Below are positions 13,701 to 26,600 of a stretch of 64,000 nt of DNA, in pieces. The DNA is from Octopus sinensis. Taxonomy: Eukaryota. The stretch lies in NCBI RefSeq assembly GCF_006345805.1, contig NC_043006.1, positions 29,140,001-29,204,000 of the forward strand, given 5' to 3'. The notes under the pieces were generated by a model that was not told where the DNA came from, searched no databases, and was given only the letters and a program-made list of their open reading frames with translations. How positions within the stretch are numbered: the first letter of the stretch is position 1; every line of letters starts with the position of its first letter. The position numbers and the translations under genes are program-made.

Positions 13701-16700
13701 ATGGCCGCAGTCGAATGACTGAAACAAGTAAAAGAGTATATAATGAATCAGTTTAAGGGAAAAGGATAATAGAGAACATCCAATTTATTATTCTGCAGTC
13801 ATTTATGTTCTTCTGTTTTCATTAGTAGAAGTGCATATTGGTGCCCACTTGCATTATATATCCCCATCAACCAAAAGTTTTGGAAAAGTTTAGAAACTAG
13901 ACTATGTCATCATCATATATATATATATAATATATGTATAATATATATTATACACACACAACTGGCTTCCACAAGTCACAGCTGTGGTAAGAAGTTTTTC
14001 TTCCGATACATATGGCATTGGGTTCAGTCCCACTGTGTGACACCTTCAGCAAGTGACTTCTACTACAGTTTCAGGCTGACCAAAGCCTTGTGAGTGGATT
14101 TGGTAGAGGGAAACTGAAAGAAGCCCATTGTATATATATGTGTGTGTGTCTTCGAGTTTGTTTGACCCCCCCCCCCATCACCACTTGACAACTGGTGTTG
14201 GTGTCACTTAGCAGTTCAGCAAAAGAAACTGATAGAATAAGCACCAGCCTTAAAATATGTAAGTATTGGGGTGGATTCATTTGACTAAAATTCTTCAAGG
14301 TGGTGCCCCAGGATGGCCACAACCTAACGACTGAAACAAGTAAAAGAAAAGATTTATCAGTTTTTCTCTACAATGTATTGGTCAGCCCAAGACTTTAGTA
14401 GAACTATATGAGATGCTGAGCCATAAGACTGAATCTGAGACCACCTGATTGTGCACCAAATTTAACCACAAAGGACAGTAATCTTTGTAAAGATATTTTA
14501 AACTGAATTTCTCATTCTCTTCTATTCTGAAATACAGTTTTATGCTGAAGTGGATGAAGCTGAAGCTTGGATGAAAGAGAAATTACCACTTTTGACAACT
14601 TCTGATCTTGGTGTTGATGAAGATTCTGTACAGGTATCTATGCTTACGTGTCATTTAATTTATCACAAATGTTGCTTTTAATTAATCACTGGAAAAGCTG
14701 AATTAATTTATCTGAAATTATAGTAGCTTATGAAAGTGTTTGTATGTTATTGAATGTGTGTGTTTAGATAGGTCTCCAACCTATCCAGAAAGAAGTTATA
14801 ACTCCAGATAAGAACTGACTTAGACTGTGATGTCTTACCCAAACCATGTCAGCATGGAAGTCACCAAGTGATTTTAATTGTAATTTTTAAATATTATATT
14901 TTAGATCCTCATGAAGAAATTAGATGCTCTTGAGAGAGATATTGAAAATTTCAGTAATAACATTGGTGAATTAGCTGCTGTTCGACACAGTCTTGTAGAC
15001 AGAGGACATTATGATGCAGAAAACATTCAGAGGTACCAGGTAAGAGAGTGTTGTATTCTTCACATTATCAATGATTTTCTCAATTAAGCAAGCTAAAATA
15101 ATACAAAAAAGAAAGATCTGATATTCAATGAATGTGCAAGTTATGTGATGCCATTGTAAATATTAAGGGTTACTGCTGTGTAAAGCCCAAGTCAGTTCTG
15201 ATTGAGCAAAAGTATTCCAACAGTGACCGTCCTATATTGTTATTTCATATTTCATATATTTAATGTGATACATCATACATTTAATACTGCATCATCAATG
15301 TAGCTAAGATGTCATTTTTATAACCCTAACATCAACTCTGAATTCCAATCCCATCTCAAAATATTTCAAGAGTAAAATGTCTTAAATGTTTAAGGAATGA
15401 AACCTTGTCTTAGAATTGGACAAATTATGCTTTGTTAAAATATTTTAGAAATATCTATTCTATTGAAGAAAAATGTTTTTTATCTTTCAAGGAAAAAATA
15501 GAAACCATGTATAGCAACCTGCAGGATTTGTTGACTCAAAGACGTATCAAACTAACAGAAGGCAAGCAATTTTTTGAATTTCTTAAAGATGTTGAAGAAG
15601 CTTCCAACCGAATCCGTGAAAAGGCTGCCATTGCCACCAGTGAAGATTGTGGTCAAGATTTGGAACATGTTGAAGTAAGAATGCTTCTCTTTTTCTTTTT
15701 TTTTCTACACCTAAATTTATATATCAAAATAAAAAAATTCTGTTAGTGTTTGTATATTTAACAACTTCATTGTAAGGATTGCCTAATTGGTTGCTTGCTA
15801 TCTGATGTTGAAACAGATAAATTGTGTATTTCTGTTGGTGTGGCCCTTAACTCTACCTTAACTCTACCCCCCCCCCCCAACCACTCAAACATAATTTTCA
15901 TTGGTTTTAAAACAGAAAAGGTGTAGTTACAAGTAAAATGGCAATTATGAAAAAAGAGAATGCAAAGGAAATATGTCAACTGGTTTTATTAACTGAATTA
16001 TCTTACAGATGGGACGATTTGTGTGCTCGTACTGCGGGTTTCTGCTTGTATTTCAAGACAAAAATTCGCATGAGTCTCAGCTCATACAACAAATTACTTG
16101 TACTGGAAGGTTCTACTGTGTGTGTGTATTATATATATATATATATATATATCATCATCATCATCATCATTTAGCGTCCGCTTTCCATGCTAGCATGGGT
16201 CGAACGGTTCAACTGGGGTCTGTGAAGCTGGAAGGCTTCGTCAGGCCCAGTCAGATCTGGCAGTGTTTCTACGGCTGGATGCCCTTCCTAACGCCAACCA
16301 CTCCGTGAGTGTAGTGGGTGCTTTTTACGTGCCACCTGCACAGGTGCCAGACAGAGCTGGCAAACGGCCTCGAACAGATGGTGCTTTTATGTGTCACCGG
16401 CACGGGGCCAGGCGATGCTACAAACACACAGACAAACAGACAGATATTCTGTTATTGAAACAGAGTTTGTCTCATGACTTGTGATTCACACCATTGCAAT
16501 TGTGAATATATATCTAATGTAAATTAGTCAAACTCGGTGGAGTTGGTCTACTGACATTCTTTCAGTTGCTTACAGCCAGACCCCCTAACCAACAGAAAGA
16601 ATGTCAATAAGCCCTTTACATTAACAAAAAGCCCCAAGGTATCAATGGTGAGTTTGACTTATTTACATAAGTGTTGAGGATTTTTCCCACAATTTATTTC

Positions 16701-19700
16701 CTGTTTGTCTCTGTGTGTGAAAGTAATATTAATTTCTCTTTATTGACAAGAGTAGTAGTAAGATCATAGATAATTAAAAACTGGGAGGCTTAACTATTTT
16801 CAACTCTTTCACAATTACAATTCCAGTTACTCCAACACAAATTTGATGAATTTATGAAAGAACTTGAAACAAGTGAAGACCGCATTACTGCTATCAATGT
16901 TAGTGCAAAGAAGATGGTCGAAGCCAACCATTATAAATCAGATGAAATTGTGGAACATGCAAAACAAATCAGTTTGTTGTGGGAAGACCTAAATGACGCT
17001 TCCAGAGCACGTAAAGAGGTAAAAATTCTATTTCATTTTTGGATTCAATATAGCATATCCTATAGGATGGAAGATAAGTGAGCCAAGTTCTTGATTCAGT
17101 TTAAATCCTTGTCTATAGTTATATCTAGTTGAAGAGAAATAACTTTGAATATTTTTATTATTGTATTTTATTATGTAACATTTTAGCAAATAATACAACT
17201 TGAATTGGATGTCAGTTTTTAAAAATTGAAGTTGGGTTTACTAATCTGTGAAGTTTGTTGTTTTTATTATTTTGGGGGATATCTTATGCATATTATGTAC
17301 CTCAGTTAAGTTAATCAGGAATAGATTTTATCCACAGCACACTGCTGGAATATTAACAATCCAACAAAGGCACCTCAACATGATTGTTTGACCTGCTCAA
17401 AATAATAGCCAAATTTCCTTCAAACTACTGTTTTGAAAAATGACAGTAGAAGGTGACTTTGAATAATGTAGTCCAATGTACAGTATTCCAGAAAAAAAAT
17501 GGATAGTTACAGTTTGAACATTTTCAATCATAGGTGTTCTTGATCACAATATTATTTTCTTAGCTGATAATATGACCATTCTTCTGCCTTCCTTACAAAG
17601 TAAGAAATAAAATAGTTTCAATGCCTTTTTACATTTATCATAATATTATTACTGAATAAAAAAAAAAGCTTAGAAATTTTTAGCTTTTAAGATTGAAATG
17701 AAAAATCCTGTTTAGAATCTCTTTGATTTTCTTACTATGAAAAATTTCTGATTCTTATAAATGGTTATATTTGTTTCCAGGCTTTGATTAATGCTTACCA
17801 GATTCACTGTTATGGACGTGATACAGATGATACTTTGGAGTGGATTAAAGAGAAAGATGCTATTGTGTCAAATGAGGATTATGGCCATGACTTGGAAAGT
17901 GTTCAGTCATTATATACCAGACATAATGGACTGGAAGTAAGAGGAACTCATTCATTCATACACGAATACACTCACCTATAAACATACCTTCATAAAGTAT
18001 ATGCATGATTTTAATAACAATGAAATTATTGTATACAGTGCTCAGGTGCACCACAACTTGTCAGAAAGTGCGTATAAAGTATATGCAGTAATGTACAAAA
18101 TGCCTGGAAAGCGAACAGTGTATGAGTCAGATACATGCTTGTGTGTGTATGGAGGGGAGAAAATCAGGTGTAGTGTTGGCGAATCTCAGAAAGCATGAAA
18201 GTTTTGAAGGATGCAGTGCTCAGACAACTAACAACTGATGCTGGCAGTTTGTTCCATGCTTCAGCAACTCTCAGCGTGAAAAAAATGTTTCCTAAAGTCA
18301 TTTTATTTAGTATATATGAAGACAGTAAATTTGAAAGACAACACTTGTGTATTAACAGTATGGAACTCTTGATTACATGGTCAGGAGTTCAAAACTTAGT
18401 GATTCTATTTTTGGTTGTATTCCCTGGTATCCTTCCTTCTGCTTTTGTATCATAATAGCACTTGCAGAACTCGTTGTGTTTAATCACTTTATGCAAATCC
18501 TAAAGTTATAGAAGCAGACTCTATTCCTCTGTTGACATTCTTACAACATAATTTTAATACTTCTTCTTGTCCCCACCCACTGTGTAAGCATGACTCACAG
18601 CCACATGACTTCTGGTTCAGTCCCACTGCACCAGGCTGACCAATGCCTTGTGAGTGAATTTAGTAGAGAGAACTTGTGTGCGTGTGTGTGAATGTATGTG
18701 TATATATGTGTGTGTTTTTGTGCTTGTCCCCTCCATGACTTAGCAGTTCAGCAAAAGAGGATAAGCACCGGCACTGGGCTCGATTCAATTGAGAGAAAGC
18801 TTTCAAGACGGCTGCAGTCCACTGACTAAAATAAGGGAGGAATAAATAACACCAAAATCAAGTTATATGTTTCCATCATAAGAATAGAAAAATTCCACTT
18901 ACGAAATTTAGTAATCGACCTCTTCTACTCGTTCCAGTGACTTGTCCAATGATGACGATGGATGGATTATTGGGAAAACACAACACAACCCTTCCTTCCT
19001 TCCTTCCATCCATCATTCAATCCATCCATCCATCAATCAATCAATCATATAATTGTTCACTAACCACAGGTGCTACTCAGCAACTGAATCTGCAATGTTC
19101 CGCTCTAAAACTCATTCCTCATTGTTGTTTTTCAGAGAGATCTTGCTGCCATTAGTGAACAGGTTGAAAACATGACTAAAAGTGCAAGACGTTTAGTTGA
19201 AGAATTCCCTGATGCCAAAACCCATGTGGTGAATAAACATGAAAGCATGGTGCAGGCCTGGAATAAACTTGTTGAAAAATCTTCAATAAAGAAAGAAAAA
19301 TTGTTGCAAGCTCAAAAACTTCAGACCTACTTTAATGAATACCGTGAATTAACGTTAGTAGTATTTTAATTTTCTCTCACTTTGCTAAAAAATTATATTG
19401 TTAATCTTTTAATATACTGACTAAACTATCTTGAAGATAAAACTTTAAAGAAATTTAATATCTCATCCCAAATGTTTTTAGCTTAGGTAAATAACAAGAT
19501 AAACTTACAGTTATGAGGCAGATTGACTTCTGTTTAGTTTTAGCTGTTGTACCACAGTGGTACGTATATTCTTCTTAATAAAAGAAAGTTATTTTACATC
19601 AATTTACATTCTTCCTCCTTCCTCTCTCTCTCTCTCTCTCTCAGAGAATAGAGATAAATAGATATCTCTTTTCTCTGTAATTACCAAAAGTGCCTACATC

Positions 19701-22700
19701 ATCAGATTGGTTAGAAAAAAATAGTTAGGCACTTCAAAAAGATACTTTGATAAAAACAAAATGTGGAACTCTCCACTTCTCTAGTAGCTCTCTTGCAATT
19801 CTTTTATTTTTTTTTATTCTTTTTCCCAAGGATTGTATCTTGGGGAGTTAAAGTAGTCAAATTGTTATATTAATTTGATGTTTCAATTTGTATTTTGTCA
19901 CAGTTTTGTGCACTTGATAACCTTTAATAACCCAAGCTCTGCTAACTTTAAAGAGATTATATATACTACAAATAACTGCAGCATTTTCTTATCTTGCTCT
20001 ACTGATCCTATGAATCAGGAGTAGACTACCAGTGCTACTCTAGTAAATGCTCCAGTATTGATTTAACATAAGTCTCAACATATGACAGATCCAGTTGTTT
20101 GATCAATGGGTCCAACTCACATCTCATCTCAGCAATCCTCACAGACACTAGTCCTCTTAATGTAGTTTTCTCTATGACACCGTGTGTATCAAGGTTGATC
20201 CTTTCAGCTTACCTCCTCATGTATTACAGTTTAAATGCATAGTGATACCAGACGTTTGTACACTTAATATAATTTTCAGGCAGACTTGAAGGGACATAGT
20301 TGATCATTTTAATTTCAGGTACAGCCCATTCCCTATTTAAATTATTATATGAAGATAGGAAAACCTTTATTAGTATCCTTTACAATTTAACAGCTTATAA
20401 GATGCTCCTTGTTTGAACATTTACCAAATTCTTGTATTGTTGTATTTTAAGATTTTAATATTTCTAATGGTTTTCAAACTTCACTGTTTCATCTCAATAA
20501 AAAGAATTCACCTATAAGCCATGAACTTAGAAAATTTGGTTGAAACTAAAACAATGCATACTAATAATTTTATGTGTTTATGAACTAATGATGTGCAGAA
20601 GTGGCTGTCTGTACTACAATTTCTGTTTAAATGTGTGAATATGAGTGTAGTATAAGTACATATACTTGCAGTTTTAATTGCCTAAATGCCTTTCCTGAAA
20701 CTTTTCAAGACTTCTCTATATGTTGTTAGTTTAAACTTATCATATACTTTTGAAAATGTAGTCCTGATCTTTAATAATATGCAGATATAAGAACTGTTTG
20801 CTTACAATTACAATGCAAATATAAATAACCCAGTGAGTAAGGTCTAATTCCATCTTAAAACGGAGGCCATTGGATAATGTTGTTCCAGATACAGTATTCC
20901 TGAGCAAAGACCTGGTCACAGCTGAAATACCTTTGAAGATAGGTTTGGTGAATTAGAGCTGATCTGGAGCTAAACAAGGAAGAATAGCATACAAACATAT
21001 GAGCTGATGAGGGGAGCCTTCTAAGTGCTAAAAATAGCAACAAAGTCTTAGCTCACATCCTACTATCTTCAAAAAGAAAGAAAAGGAAGGCTACAGTGAA
21101 TAATGTAGCCATGATATGTAAAAAGATGAAATTACCCTGGTTTTTTATCATAGTTCTGTTCAAAAATGGTTGACTTGAGGTTTAACAATTACAGGTTGCT
21201 AATACATCTAAAATGTTCTGAAATATAAATTCAATAATTTTTCTTTTTTTCTTTAGAACGTGGATCAATGAAATGCTTTCATTGATTTCAGCTGAAGACC
21301 TGGCTAAAGATATTGCTGGTGCTGAAGCTTCTTTGAATAGATTTAAAGAGATAAAAGCTGAAATAGACAGCAGAAAGGAACCAATGACTAAATTTAATCA
21401 AATTGGCCAAGGTTTAATAGAAAATGGGCATTTCTTATCAGAAGAGGTATATTTCACATTTTAATTTATTTATAAAGCAACCACCACTGGGATTGCCATA
21501 CCATAAAATCCCCAACCATTCTTCATTCTGAGTGTATGTTCTCTTTCAATTCCTGCCAACTGGTGCAACTAAAGTCTTGATTGTTTCCTTTGCACCAAGT
21601 TTATTACTCTCCTCCACTTTTTATAAACTTTGTTTGTTGACATTATTTTTCTCTTTTCCCCTCAATTTCTATATCCAGTAATACAGAGAAATGTTGATAG
21701 AGAAAGTCTTCCTAATATCTCATTGTACTTACCAGGATGAGGCTGATGGCCTTTCCCCTCTTTGCTAAAGCAAGTTAGTGGTATAATCCTCTCAATGGAC
21801 GTTACTATCAACCAGCTTTGTTCTATGATAATAACCACTTAATTCTACAGATCAACAATTAGTAGACACAAAATCAGTGTATTTAGAGACACTTATTCAA
21901 TTGTTCTCTATTCACTTTCAGGTATATCTGACTGACAGAAATATCATGTTTGCTTCTGGAGCTTATCATGAACTGTCAGCATCTTCTGGTGACACTGTCA
22001 GGTTGAAGACTTTTAGAAATTACTCATAATAGTTTGGGGTACAAACTGTTCAGTGCATCCTCATCATGGCTCAGCATATCTCCTGAAAATCGCCACTGAT
22101 ACCATTTTACAACATTTTATAAAATGGAAAGTGGACAATCTACCAGCAGTACTATCCAATGGAATATACACTTGAACATTCTGAACTAACATTTTTTATC
22201 ACTCAATTATTGGTCTACTTGTAGATCTTATTGGTTGTATTTAGTAGAATTATATTATTCAATTTGTGGAAAGCAGAATGAGATTTCATCTTCCAAAGCA
22301 GACTTTTTTTTTGTGGTGGGAGGTAGTTTAAATGGTTTATATTGATATATCTGTTCTGACTATTACTAGAATCCTGCATTGTTTCTGTTTTCTGTAGATC
22401 CAACAAAAAATCGACACCCTCACCGAAGCTTATGAGACACTTTTACAGAATTGGAAGGAACACAAAAAGGTTCATGAATACAATCTTGAAGCTCAGGTAC
22501 GTCAATTAATCTCATTTAACATTATTTTCCCTTTTTTTTTTATTTCATTGGTTAGTAACATCAGTGCTAATGACCTTTACAGACCTCTCAAACTGAGGAG
22601 AATCATAATAGTTGTCGGTTTGACAACATTTTTCCTAATCCAAACCTCCAAGTCATTTAAATATGCAAAACTTATATTACACTTGATTGCAGCAGTTTGT

Positions 22701-23416
22701 TAGTACTGTATTGCAAATAATAACATGACTCTTGAATATAAAAACTTTTGCATTTTATTGAATGATTGATTTAATTTCTGAGGCTGTCAACATAAAAACA
22801 TTTCAGTGATAGAAATGAGCTAATTTAGCTTCTACTCCAGCACAAATATTAACTTCTTATCATGGAGAAACCATAATACTTTCTAGTTAGCAGTTTTACG
22901 AGAGATATGTTTGCACCATTGCTGTCTGTATGCTCATATACATGAGCTCAAATGTAACTACAATAATTATATTGTCTGAGAACAAGGCATCTGGCAGTAA
23001 AAAAAAAAAAAATTATCAGCAAACAGATTTTCTATTCATGCTCTGCTAGATGTGTAATGTCAGTTGGTTCATCAATTTTTAGACATTATATTATGTCAAC
23101 TTATTTATATATTTACTAAACTGACAATTACAAGAATATACATACATGTATAGCATATTATGCTTTACATATAAAATATATTAGTATATAAAGATACCAG
23201 TAATTATATTCCTGTATGTTATATTTTGATAATTACATAATTACTGTTATCTTTATATATTAATATATCTTATATGTAAAGCATAATATGTTATACATGT
23301 ATGTATATTCTTGTAATTGTAATTTTAGTAAATAAATAAGTTGACATAATATAATGTCTAAAAATTGATGAACCAACTATTGATCCCCTCCATTTTCTTA
23401 TTGCTCTCTCTCTCTC

Positions 23417-23469
<53 letters not shown>

Positions 23470-23602
23470 TAATAATTTTAAATTTTGTATTTTATATATT
23501 TTGTATATTATATTAATTATTTTTATTTTTTATTTTTATGTTTTGGTTTGTTTTTCACTGTTTGATTTGCCTAATAGTGGTTTTATCTCTAATTTAATTT
23601 AT

Positions 23603-23656
<54 letters not shown>

Positions 23657-26600
23657 GCACACACACACACACACACATGATGGGCTTCTTTCAGTTTCTA
23701 TCTACCATATCCACTCTCTAAGCTTTGGTTGGCCCAGGCTATAGTAGAAGACACTTGCCCAAGGTGCCATGCAATGGAACTGAACCCGGAACCATGTGGT
23801 TGGGAAGCAAGCCTCCTGTGCGTGCATATATATATATAGTTTGTGTGTGTGAGTTCTTTTCAACTGTCACTTGTATGCAAATCCTTGCACTTGAGTGATA
23901 TTGTCATTAGCATTTCTATCAATAAATCATCAACTTGCTTCATACCTTGAAACAAATAAATAAATGAATGAATAGGAATAAATTCCTTCCTTAAAAAGCA
24001 GGATAGGGTTAGGGTCACGAAAAGCATCTGGCTATAGAACGCTGCCTCAGTAGCATATTCATCAAATCTACTGCCATTGTAGAATGAAAAACAAATGTAA
24101 AATAAACAAATACACATAAACACATGCCTGTGTACCCATCATATGTATATAGGTGTGTGTGGAGAGAGAGAGAGAGAGAGATGGTCACAAAGGCACTGTA
24201 ACAATATATGGAATGTTTTTGAATTTTCAGGTTTCCTAGTTTCCATTTATATCATATCAAAATAGTACATTTTTATTCTTAATTTCATTGTAAACTTTCT
24301 TTTAGAAATTCCGTAAAGAAATGGAGCAGTTTGAAAGCTGGATAGCAGTAAGAGACCAGACTGTGAAAGATCAGAAATTCGGCGATTCTATTGAAGAAGT
24401 AGAAGAACTAATCCGAAAACATGAAGATTTTGAAAAAACTGTTGCTGCACAGGAAGAAAAATATAATGCACTCCTTAAAAAGATCAAGGTTTGATACTCT
24501 GCCTTCATAACATTATTACTTTTTCTTCTTCCTTTTTTTATCATAGTTTAAAAACTATTATCGTTTACTCAGTATTTCTATTAATTTTATCAATCTTCAT
24601 ATTAACAGCATTTTCTGAAGGATGTAGCATAAGAATTCCAGTATGATTTATTTGTATGATCTGTAATATTGAAAACTGGTATCTGTCTGTTATAAATTTG
24701 AGAGTGATAAAAACCATCATCATCTTGTACTGTTTACACAGATTCCCATGGCTCTATGTTGCCATTCAATTCTATTATTATGAATTTGAATTTGGAGCTT
24801 GAGTCATAATGAATCTTTCATTAGCTGATTACACAACCATGGAGGCTGCTCCTGTGGATGTGTTGCAGTTACTCTCTTGATAAAGCTTGGTGATCCCAAC
24901 TGTTGATCTTCTAGGACAGTGGTTCCCAACCCCTTTATTTAAATGAGTTTTCCCATGGCCCCCTTTTAATATGCTTATCCTTATATATATATATATGAAA
25001 TTCTGAATTTAGTTCATGGACCCACAATACTACTCCTAGTACTACCTTTACTATCTGTCTATCATTCTCTCTATCTATCTATATATCTATTTACCATTCT
25101 GTCTACCTATCTATCTATCATTCTCTCCATTTATTTACCATTGTCTATCATTCCTTCTATCTATCTATATATCATTCTCTCTCTCTCTATTTACCATTCT
25201 GTCTAGCTATCTCTCTATCTACCTATCCATCATTCTCTCTATCTATCCATCATTCTATCTATCTATCTATCTGTCTGTCTATCTCTCTATCATTCTCTCT
25301 CTATCTATCTATCTATTAACAAAAGTTGTACCGTCTTAGGTTTAAGGTCAGGGTTGATAGTTTTTATGAAATACTTGAATCTCTCCAGTCTTAGCTTAAA
25401 CTTACCACATTGAGGAGACTTTGTTGCAATGTTAAATTTGTTTGACCTAGCTATTTTGTTTATTTTGATTCAGTAATTGATAACTTTTAAACTGATTAAG
25501 CTGTTGCAAGTTTGAGATTGTTCCAGAGAATATAGTATCCTTTAAGCAATTTCAGAGATATATCATCAGCTGCCACAACTAGCACCGTACCATATGAAAG
25601 GAATATAACTGCTTTGTGATTAAATACATCATAACATTGATCTCGAAAACACTGATACACATTTTACCTTTACTTTCTAAAATGTAAGATAAGGTTTAAA
25701 ATTTTTGTCATTATAGATTGAAGATGCTATGGCTGAGAAGCACTTAAAAGAACAACAGGATCAAATGCAATCAGAAAACCGAAAAGATAAGGATCGACTC
25801 AATGAAATTCGACGGAAGGAACAAGAACGAATCTTAGAGGTCAGTAAAAGAAAAATACTTTGGGTTTCAAAATTTTGTTTTCAGGTTTTTTTTGTTTTGT
25901 TTTTTTTAATTAACTTACAAAGATATATAAATAATATTATTATTATAATTTAAACTGATTAAGCTGTTGCAAGTTTGAGATTGTTCCAGAGAATATAGTA
26001 TCCTTTAAGCAATTTCAGAGATATATCATCAGCTGCCACAACTAGCACCGTACCATATGAAAGGAATATAACTGCTTTGTGATTAAATACATCATAACAT
26101 TGATCTCGAAAACACTGATACACATTTTACCTTTACTTTCTAAAAGAAGCTTGAGAGGCGGTTGGATGGAACCTACACTCGCCTCCTTATGAGAGCTCAA
26201 AATCTCTCGTGGAAGCGTCATCCAACCAAACTGCAAATATATGGGAAACTACCACCTGTGGCATCTCTTGTGAAAGATAGGAGAGTCCAGTTTGCTGGAC
26301 ATTGTTGTAGAGCTGAAAACGAGGCAATTTCTACTCTTCTCCTCTGGAAGCCATCTACTCGCAATACCAGAGGGCGCACACTCTCCTACCCTGATGTAAT
26401 CTCCAGGGATACAGGCATCCAGCAACAGGACCTCCGTAATGCTCTGATGGACCATGAAGTCTGGCGTAGCATGGTAAATTCCATTGTCTCGACTACGGTC
26501 GAACAATGATGATGATGTTATTGAGTTTGTTTGTCATGAAGATGATGTTAATGTCTGACTAAGAACATGAAATCTACAATCTTATAGACCTGTTTGGTCA

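Noticed and set aside
1194-24488. Alpha-spectrin or conventional beta-spectrin identity
   Set aside because: No EF-hands, and the chain ends in a partial repeat plus PH domain (excludes alpha). The alpha-like repeat sequences and the [18 protein letters not shown] signature fit beta-H better than conventional beta.
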